Positions 27,461 to 34,607 of a stretch of DNA of 38,660 nt are shown here, one piece after another. This DNA is from a virus (Duplodnaviria > Caudoviricetes), in the IMG/VR virus record IMGVR_UViG_3300003375_000062, positions 1 through 38,660 of that record, one strand, 5' to 3'. Position 1 is the stretch's first letter. Every line of letters starts with the position of its first letter. Both the position numbers and the translations under genes were made by a program. The notes below the pieces were generated by a model that searched no databases, had not been told where the DNA came from, and saw only the letters and a program-made list of their open reading frames with translations.

Positions 27461-29043
27461 TGGTTAAAAAGAAACAAGCGTCTGAAATACTGGATCTAAC
27501 CGCTTCAAACTCTGATTATGCGGTGTTCTTGCCCAGTATCAGTTCGATATATGTGAAAATACAAAGCCAGCAGCTCCTAGGCAAACGTCCTGCATTACCA
27601 CCTGGTATGAATAGGTCCTGGGACGATTTGGATTTCCTTTGTCGCAATGGTGATTTGTTCACCTATAAGTGGGCACTGTACAGTGCGGGTCATGCGCAAT
27701 TGGATGTGATCCGCACAGACACTGAAGAAAGCATGGTACAAAAGAGAGATCGTGCAAATACCGTGTTGATCGGCGACAGCGGCGGGTTCCAGGCTGCAAC
27801 TGGCGTTCTTAAATGGCCGTGGAAGCCAAAGAAAGGCCAGGACGATGCAGCTTGGCATGCTGATCAGGATAGCGTGCGAATGAACATACTACGATGGTTG
27901 GAACATACCGCTGATTGGAGCATGATTTTTGATTTTCCTCCGGGTGGTATCGACCGGTTTGGTTATGATGAAAAAACCGGAGAAGCCAAGCATCCTGGAC
28001 TCAAGAGCTATGCAGATTGTTTGAAAGGCAGCATTGAAAATGCTGAGTTCTTCATGAAGCACCGCAGGCATGGCGACACAAAGTTCCTTAACGTGCTGCA
28101 AGGTCGTAACCTGGAGGAAGGTGACGAATGGTGGGATATATGCAAGGATTGGCCCTTTGAAAGCTTTGCCTTTGCAAACATACAAGGCCATAGCATTGCA
28201 CTAAACATGCGGCGACTCATCATAATGCGAGATGGCGGATATTTGGACAAAGGGCAGGATTGGTTACACTATCTTGGCAATGGCAAGATCAAGGCCGCAT
28301 GTAGCTTAACGAACATACAACGTGCGTTGCGCAAACATGTCAACCCAAATGTTACATTGAGCTACGATGCCGCATCACCGTTTGTAATGACGGCAAAAGG
28401 ACAAATTTACAACACATATGCAATCAATCCAAACCAAATGGGATTCAAAGGCAGCAGCATACCTGATGCAAAGGAATTGAAAGGCAGCACAACATTGCTG
28501 AAGGATTGGATCATGGGTCAGATGCTGAAAAACAAGCAGTATTCCAACGAGATCAGCACGTTTGATAGTTTATTTGAACATAATTTAACCGACAGAACAC
28601 AAGCAATAGAAACTGCCATTAGCCGTAAAATCACCCTTGGCGATATTTGTGTCAAGGGTTATGAGGATGTGAATGGTAAGGATATTGAAGCAACCAACGA
28701 AGCCATACAGCAAGAAATGGGACTATTACAATACGACCAATTTGAAACCCGTAAGAAGAAATACCCAAGTGCGCTCGATGGCATGAGTTATGTTTTGTTG
28801 ATGAATCATAACGTTGAGCTGCATATTCGTGCATGCCAGGAGGCGTGTTATTGGATGGACCAGCCTCTTTCCATTGCAAGGCAACATTTGCCCAGCGATG
28901 TATTGGAATTCAAGGACCTTTGCGAGGAAATCTTTATTTCGGAAAAACCAATGGACCTGATCAACAAACACTGGACCATGCTGACCAATGGTACGGGCAT
29001 GAATGCGGATAACGAGTTACGCATAGATATTAACAAGATATAA
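27460..29043 (+). CDS. TGT/DpdA-like guanine transglycosylase
   Basis: IGDSGGFQ catalytic motif, MIFDFP, NVLQG, HYLG, SYDAASP. Confidence 0.75.
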   Translation: MVKKKQASEILDLTASNSDYAVFLPSISSIYVKIQSQQLLGKRPALPPGMNRSWDDLDFLCRNGDLFTYKWALYSAGHAQLDVIRTDTEESMVQKRDRANTVLIGDSGGFQAATGVLKWPWKPKKGQDDAAWHADQDSVRMNILRWLEHTADWSMIFDFPPGGIDRFGYDEKTGEAKHPGLKSYADCLKGSIENAEFFMKHRRHGDTKFLNVLQGRNLEEGDEWWDICKDWPFESFAFANIQGHSIALNMRRLIIMRDGGYLDKGQDWLHYLGNGKIKAACSLTNIQRALRKHVNPNVTLSYDAASPFVMTAKGQIYNTYAINPNQMGFKGSSIPDAKELKGSTTLLKDWIMGQMLKNKQYSNEISTFDSLFEHNLTDRTQAIETAISRKITLGDICVKGYEDVNGKDIEATNEAIQQEMGLLQYDQFETRKKKYPSALDGMSYVLLMNHNVELHIRACQEACYWMDQPLSIARQHLPSDVLEFKDLCEEIFISEKPMDLINKHWTMLTNGTGMNADNELRIDINKI

Positions 29044-29106
29044 TGGTTAATTTGTATTTCCATTTGATACCGATTACAACATTGCAAATGCCAACGGAGG
29101 TCAACC

Positions 29107-29634
29107 ATGAAACGCGACTATACTAACGGAATAAAAGATGATGTGGAGTTCTTTGTTGGCACGGAAGTTGAACACACACCTGCGTTTGGACTTAAAACAC
29201 TGTTTGTAACCGGGGTGAATCCCACCGAAACCATCCAACGTTTAGTGGCACAGCATGGATGCGAACACATCTATCTTGGTGCAAACATGAGTTTTGATCC
29301 GGGCAACTTTCTTGAGGATCCAACCAGTAGCGATGCCTGGGACCATATGATTAAATCCGTATTGGAATTAGGGGTGTTAACCACCCTTGATTTTGACGTG
29401 AAACATGTTGAATGGGTTTTGGAAGGCTGTTATGCGGAGCATGACAATTTCATACCCCAGATTTCCGTTAAAATTCCATATATCGAGCAGTTGCGTTACA
29501 ATGCGACATTGAAGATAGATGACAAGGATTTTAAAGCAAGCAATCCAGGTGTTTGGTGCCATAGCTTGCACGATCTACTGGATAGGAAAGCTTTTACACC
29601 ATGGAACAAATATACAAAGGATGAACCTTTATGA
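29107..29634 (+). CDS. Conserved hypothetical protein
   Basis: GGAGG RBS; EVEHTPA..KTLFV, HIYLGANMSF, KIDDKDF..SNPGVW. Confidence 0.8.
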   Translation: MKRDYTNGIKDDVEFFVGTEVEHTPAFGLKTLFVTGVNPTETIQRLVAQHGCEHIYLGANMSFDPGNFLEDPTSSDAWDHMIKSVLELGVLTTLDFDVKHVEWVLEGCYAEHDNFIPQISVKIPYIEQLRYNATLKIDDKDFKASNPGVWCHSLHDLLDRKAFTPWNKYTKDEPL

Positions 29635-30089
29635 CAGACCCAACATTGGAATTTTTTGAACAATACCGTTCTAAAAAGACAGAAATTGAAAATTTAAAAT
29701 CACAGCTAAGGGTTTTAGATGAGGATGCCCAACGTTTAAGACACAACATAAGAACCATGAATGAAGAAGTTGAGTCAATGCGTAAAATTATTACCACCAT
29801 GGTTGACAATGGTTGGGACCCGGTTGAAGCCAAGCTTCGAACCGAGGAAACTGATAGGCAATTTTCATTTTGGACTGAACTAGGTGAGGAATCAGATACA
29901 ATATCAAGCATCACAATACATTCAGCAATTCCCAGTTCAATAAGTCAGCTAACGGTCTCGTCGCAGTATAATTGGGGTGCAACCGGAGCCACAGGTTCAA
30001 TTGGATCAACAGGGGCAATTGGTGCAATTGGTTCCATGCAGGGATGTTATAGTTACCCTTACGGTGCCAACGGTTCAACTGGTGCATAA
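29631..30089 (+). CDS. Hypothetical coiled-coil protein with G-x-x repeat tail
   Basis: ATGA overlap; GATGATGSIGSTGAIGAIGSMQG. Confidence 0.65.
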   Translation: MTDPTLEFFEQYRSKKTEIENLKSQLRVLDEDAQRLRHNIRTMNEEVESMRKIITTMVDNGWDPVEAKLRTEETDRQFSFWTELGEESDTISSITIHSAIPSSISQLTVSSQYNWGATGATGSIGSTGAIGAIGSMQGCYSYPYGANGSTGA

Positions 30090-30170
30090 ACACACAAAAT
30101 GATGGTTGAATATTGCCTTTCATAATTTTTACAAATACACTAACATCATAGGCTCTTAAGGATCGAAGCA

Positions 30171-30842
30171 ATGACAGCAGTTAGCAACAAGATACGCAAT
30201 CGGATAAAAGAAAATGGTGGAAAGTTTTTCTGTAATAATAACATTTCAGAATACATCCAGCCAAACGAAATAGATCTTCTCATAGATGAAGTATCTGTAA
30301 AGATGGAAAGCGTCTTACAAAGCTTGGTCATTGATACCGACAACGATCATAACACAAAAGATACCGCACATCGTATTGCAAAAATGTTTTGCACTGAGGT
30401 GTTTGCAGGTAGATATCTACCTAAACCTAAGATCACTGCATTTCCCAATGCCAACTCATACGATGAGGTATATGTGACCGGTCCAATTTCAGTCAGATCA
30501 ACATGTGCGCATCATTTCCAGGCCATCAAAGGTAAGGCATACATTGGTGTTTTTCCGGGTAAGAATGTAATTGGGTTATCAAAGTTCAATCGCATGGTTG
30601 ACTGGATTGCAAGCCGTCCCCAGATACAGGAAGAAATGACCATACAGATTGCCGATCTGGTTGAAGCTGAAACACAAGCTGAGGGTGTAGCTGTGCTTAT
30701 CCAGTGCGAGCACGGGTGCATGACCATGCGAGGTGTGCGCGAGCACGAAAGCGACATGACCACTTCAGTAATGCGTGGAGCATTCCGTGAACACCCACAT
30801 ATTAAACAGGAATTCTTCAATATCGTTTCTAGGATGAAATGA
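30171..30842 (+). CDS. folE: GTP cyclohydrolase I
   Basis: STCAHH, IGLSKFNR, RPQIQEE, HGCMTMRGV. Confidence 0.95.
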   Translation: MTAVSNKIRNRIKENGGKFFCNNNISEYIQPNEIDLLIDEVSVKMESVLQSLVIDTDNDHNTKDTAHRIAKMFCTEVFAGRYLPKPKITAFPNANSYDEVYVTGPISVRSTCAHHFQAIKGKAYIGVFPGKNVIGLSKFNRMVDWIASRPQIQEEMTIQIADLVEAETQAEGVAVLIQCEHGCMTMRGVREHESDMTTSVMRGAFREHPHIKQEFFNIVSRMK

Positions 30843-30846
30843 TATC

Positions 30847-31311
30847 ATGACCTTTGGTATTGGGTATCAAGAGTATCGTAAAAAGCGTGTGATGAATGAA
30901 AATTTACGGTATGGTGACATAGAAAAAACCGGCAACGAACGATACATAATTTACTTTGGTTGGGCGCATGTGATCGACCATCTATCAAATACAGAACATA
31001 CAGGGCCTCTGAAGATCGGTCGAGGTAAGTTTGCCACAGCATTGATGCGAGGTAGGAACCAGCCCGGTATAGATTTTAGGATTTATGCTGAAATAGTATT
31101 GGAATCAAATGAAGCAACATACGCTGTTGAAAATCTGATAAAATCAAAGCTTGGTGATAGAAACATGACATTATCACAAAATCAACAGGAATGCTATAAC
31201 ATAACAAACCAAGAGCTTCCTCAAATCGTTGAATCCATATTATACGATGTAAAAGGAACAATGAAACAATATCCGATACTTGAGGTTAATATCTTTCTAA
31301 ATACCACGTAA
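30847..31311 (+). CDS. Hypothetical protein, possibly GIY-YIG/T5orf172-like
   Basis: YIIYF...LKIG...R...VENLIK pattern; start uncertain. Confidence 0.5.
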   Translation: MTFGIGYQEYRKKRVMNENLRYGDIEKTGNERYIIYFGWAHVIDHLSNTEHTGPLKIGRGKFATALMRGRNQPGIDFRIYAEIVLESNEATYAVENLIKSKLGDRNMTLSQNQQECYNITNQELPQIVESILYDVKGTMKQYPILEVNIFLNTT

Positions 31312-31318
31312 ATATCTC

Positions 31319-31389
31319 GGTGGTCTTTGACGCTCACCCCACTTTAAACATTCTGCGTGTCATCAAACTCGCTCAAAAGGAGACAAGAG
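31319..31389 (+). promoter_or_regulatory. Candidate pseudoknotted cis-regulatory RNA (preQ1-I-like) upstream of the ancestral queD start
   Basis: GTGG(31320-23)/CCAC(31339-42) stem whose loop TGACGC pairs with GTGTCA (31357-62); lies between TAAATA and the AGGAG RBS. Confidence 0.5.
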
Positions 31390-31470
31390 ATGGCGAAATT
31401 TATTAGTACAAAGACTTATAGACAGATTGGGCCTGTTGCATACCGCCAATGGCGGGCTGACATCATATGA
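31390..31470 (+). pseudogene. queD: 5' stub of queD (MAKFISTKTYRQIGPVAYRQWRADII*)
   Basis: Aligns with KFTSTKEYIDEFPCAYKQWKAD of 32485-33003; breaks just before the H-C motif. Confidence 0.8.
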
Positions 31471-31516
31471 CTTAATGAAATGCGTATCCGTGCATAAATA
31501 ATACAACATAAGGAGC

Positions 31517-32488
31517 ATGGATATGCCAATGACGTTGCAGGATTACATAGACAAATACGGTGAAGCGTCTGGAACTAAACGATATAATGGAGTTCGTAAA
31601 CTATTAGCAAGCCGCAAAAAAACTTATGATTCGCAGCCATACACACGATTTACTAAAGAATGGTTTATCTGGAAATATCCAGAAGATGGGATAGATCGAT
31701 TTAATGAACATGTTAATAAGTCGCGTCAATCAGAAGAAAATATGATTAAACGTTGGGGAGAAGAACTTGGTAAGAAAAAGTGGCAAGAGACTATTGCTAA
31801 AAAAAATACTGTAGCACTAGTTAGAGCACAAAAAGGTGAAATTGGGGTGACAAATATGTCACAGAAGAGAAAGGAAAGCTTATCTAAATACTGGAATGAT
31901 TTATCAGAGGCAGAACAAATAGAAAAACGAGCAGCTATTAATGCTAAATCTAGCGCTACAAAAAAAGAACGATATAGCAGCAAGACAAAATTAGAACTGT
32001 ATTTAGAAAAATACGGAGAAGACGGACATATAAAATATGCCGAATTTCTTCAAAACACCTTCAAATCTATCGGTTACTCTAAGGAAGCAGAAACTTTAAT
32101 TAAAAATATTATCTTCGATAATCCTTGGTTACTAGATTATACTATATACTATAGAGATTCTGAAGATAAGACAAAGTGTGAATGGTTTTTAAGTTCTAAA
32201 GAAGGGGTCAACTTTTATGATTTTTGTGTCAAGGAAGCAAAGGCGATATTAGAATATGATGGGTTAAGATGGCATCCAACTGAAGAACAAGCAAACGAAT
32301 TAAAATCTGAACTAATGGCAATAACTGGGCTAACATACAGTCAAAAATATTGGAAAGATCAAGAAAAATTAAAAATGGCCATAGACCGCGGATTCAAAGT
32401 CTTTGTACTACGATCTGATTTTGCAGAACAACACAAATCAAGCATAATAAGTCAATTTATTAACTACATAAAGGAACAGCTAACATGA
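31517..32488 (+). CDS. Free-standing putative homing endonuclease (Vsr/DUF559-like C-terminal domain)
   Basis: Repeated K(Y/W)GE elements; FYDFC...ILEYDGLRWH...D..K...A..RGFKVFVL; AT-rich; TAAATA at 31495 and AAGGAG RBS. Confidence 0.8.
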   Translation: MDMPMTLQDYIDKYGEASGTKRYNGVRKLLASRKKTYDSQPYTRFTKEWFIWKYPEDGIDRFNEHVNKSRQSEENMIKRWGEELGKKKWQETIAKKNTVALVRAQKGEIGVTNMSQKRKESLSKYWNDLSEAEQIEKRAAINAKSSATKKERYSSKTKLELYLEKYGEDGHIKYAEFLQNTFKSIGYSKEAETLIKNIIFDNPWLLDYTIYYRDSEDKTKCEWFLSSKEGVNFYDFCVKEAKAILEYDGLRWHPTEEQANELKSELMAITGLTYSQKYWKDQEKLKMAIDRGFKVFVLRSDFAEQHKSSIISQFINYIKEQLT

Positions 32489-33003
32489 CATATCAGCTGG
32501 TAGCATACAAGTTTACATCAACAAAAGAGTATATTGACGAATTTCCATGCGCCTACAAACAATGGAAGGCCGATACCCATTGTTCAAAAAACCATGGTTA
32601 CTCACTTAGTATGAAATTCTATTTTGGCGCAAATGAATTAGACAAAAGAGGATGGGTTTGTGATTACGGCGGCCTTAAGGAACTTAAACAAATTTTAAAA
32701 GACCAGTTTGATCATCGCACACTTATTGCTGCTGATGACCCAGACATTGAAAAATTTCGACAACTTGAGAAAGATGGAATCTTAGATTTAACAGTGCTAC
32801 CTGCTATGGGATGTGAATGTATAGCCGACATGCTATACAAGTATGTAAATGGCATTTACATACCTGAATATCTTGGTAAGAGTGAATCAGATCGAATTTG
32901 GTGCTATCGAGTTGAAGTTCGTGAAACTGCATCGAACATGGCTTTCAGAGAAGGTCATAGAGAATGGAACGAAGACTTGTTTGAAGGGATCGGCTATGAT
33001 TAA
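32485..33003 (+). CDS. queD: 6-carboxy-5,6,7,8-tetrahydropterin synthase
   Basis: HCSKNHGY, WVCDYGGLK, FDHRTL, GCE, VEVRET. Confidence 0.9.
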   Translation: MTYQLVAYKFTSTKEYIDEFPCAYKQWKADTHCSKNHGYSLSMKFYFGANELDKRGWVCDYGGLKELKQILKDQFDHRTLIAADDPDIEKFRQLEKDGILDLTVLPAMGCECIADMLYKYVNGIYIPEYLGKSESDRIWCYRVEVRETASNMAFREGHREWNEDLFEGIGYD

Positions 33004-33188
33004 AAAAAACCAAGTTGTGGGTCGCCAATATTGAAAACGATCCAAGCGATCCAGACGGCGCCTTGCTAACGTTTCCTGCTGAATTTTTAGAATCGGTAGG
33101 ATGGCACGAAGGTGATACGATTATTTGGAAGGCCAATGCCGATGGTACTTTTACATTAACCAAGAAAGAGGAAATCGAAAATGTCTGA
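32996..33188 (+). CDS. AbrB/MazE-like DNA-binding protein with a frameshift at an A8 run
   Basis: LLTFPAEFLESVGWHEGDTIIW lies in the +1 frame relative to ATG 32996; A8 at 33002-33009. Confidence 0.6.
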
Positions 33189-33213
33189 AAGAAGACCCGT
33201 ACCAAATGACACC

Positions 33214-33372
33214 ATGGCAACTTCTTACCTAGGCAAAGTTGCTGAAGAAAATGGAAAAACCATACTGGTTTTTCCTCCATCGATGTTAACGGATCTAGGC
33301 TGGACGGAAGGTGATACCATCGTGTGGGATATCCGCAGGGATGCTGTTGTGGTACGTCAATCGGATGGCTGA
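33214..33372 (+). CDS. AbrB/MazE-like DNA-binding protein (paralog)
   Basis: ILVFPPSMLTDLGWTEGDTIVW; start could be 33181. Confidence 0.65.
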   Translation: MATSYLGKVAEENGKTILVFPPSMLTDLGWTEGDTIVWDIRRDAVVVRQSDG

Positions 33373-33622
33373 ATGGATTTATGAATCGCCTGATGGAGGA
33401 ATAACCGTTACAAGGCGTGTGTTTGGCCAGCATGATAATAAGCCGGATGGTAAGCATTTCAAGATTGGGCAGGATGCATGGTTACCGATGGGCCATATGA
33501 TAAAAATTGCACAACAACATATCAAGGAGCAATCATTGCGCGACGAATATCCCGTCCTTGACGATTTGTGGAAGCAGTATCGTACCATGCTCTGGCTGGT
33601 ATCTGCAGGAGATAGCAAGTGA
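33365..33622 (+). CDS. Hypothetical phage protein
   Basis: MAEWIYESPDGGITVTRR; coupled at both ends. Confidence 0.7.
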   Translation: MAEWIYESPDGGITVTRRVFGQHDNKPDGKHFKIGQDAWLPMGHMIKIAQQHIKEQSLRDEYPVLDDLWKQYRTMLWLVSAGDSK

Positions 33623-34305
33623 GTGATGTTTGGAATAAAATTTGGTCAATGGTTTGGTCCTCCGAATCATCCAATTCGTCTGATTCGTCTAGGACGAGCA
33701 TTTCCAATGTTGGAGATGGTGTTGGGTCTGGCAATGTTGGTTCTATTACCGACATCAATTTGAACAATACCACCTGTACGGTCACGGCAGGAACCGTTAC
33801 CACGGCTGCAACCACATACACCAGTCTTGTACCAAACGGTGGATATTCAGTTGGCGTAAATGTTGCCGGAACCGTGGCTGGTAATTATACATGGCCAAAT
33901 AATTTTGGCAATTACAATGTTATTTCCAATACTGGTGCGCTTTATCCAAATACCATATTGGGTACAAACTCTTTACAGCAAAATATCACGACCTCGGCCA
34001 TTACAATAAATGGGTCAACGGGTACAGCGTTATCCATATATTATGACGGCCGGGTAGAATGGACCGGCCCATTAAGCAAAAACGCAGAGGCGTTTGTTAA
34101 CGCAGTGTCTTTCAACATTGATAAAAACGCAGCAGGTGAAAACGCGCTGGCTAGAAGCTATAGAAAGGCAATAGAGCGCTGTCTGCGCCAGATCAAAACC
34201 ATGAGCAAGGAGGAATTCATTGCAATGCTTGAAACTGAAGTTGAAGCACGTATGAGCAAGGCGGTGCTCATGGCCTTGATGGAGGAAGCGTCTGATGATG
34301 AATGA
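33619..34305 (+). CDS. Hypothetical protein, S/T/G/N-rich N-terminal half
   Basis: AGGAG-GTG start overlapping the previous stop. Confidence 0.65.
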   Translation: MSDVWNKIWSMVWSSESSNSSDSSRTSISNVGDGVGSGNVGSITDINLNNTTCTVTAGTVTTAATTYTSLVPNGGYSVGVNVAGTVAGNYTWPNNFGNYNVISNTGALYPNTILGTNSLQQNITTSAITINGSTGTALSIYYDGRVEWTGPLSKNAEAFVNAVSFNIDKNAAGENALARSYRKAIERCLRQIKTMSKEEFIAMLETEVEARMSKAVLMALMEEASDDE

Positions 34306-34543
34306 TCTAGCAGAAGAATCCTTATTTGTTTTGTGGGATCGCCTCAATCATGACGAAATGCAAGAAAGGATCAACTGGTTGCGAGAAAATTTAGCAGCAG
34401 GCACTGATTGGGGATTTTGCGGCGAACGAAGAACACTGGTACTGACGAACAAATCTTCCAAATTTCTATACAAGATGAGATGGTTTGAGCCAGGTCAACA
34501 GACTTTGGCAACTGATATCAAGATTGGTATGGATGACGAGTGA
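34295..34543 (+). CDS. Hypothetical protein
   Basis: GGAGG RBS, overlapping start. Confidence 0.6.
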   Translation: MMNDLAEESLFVLWDRLNHDEMQERINWLRENLAAGTDWGFCGERRTLVLTNKSSKFLYKMRWFEPGQQTLATDIKIGMDDE

Positions 34544-34607
34544 AGTTGACGATCGCGATCTGCTGCAACAAACTACTATAAAGAAACAGATTAAGGATTT
34601 TTTTTCT

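Noticed and set aside
34485-34607. Upstream extensions of several ORFs (queE 34485, dadA 3132, ligase 4459, clamp 20805)
   Set aside because: They overlap neighbouring genes or promoters; downstream starts have better RBS and match the family N-termini.
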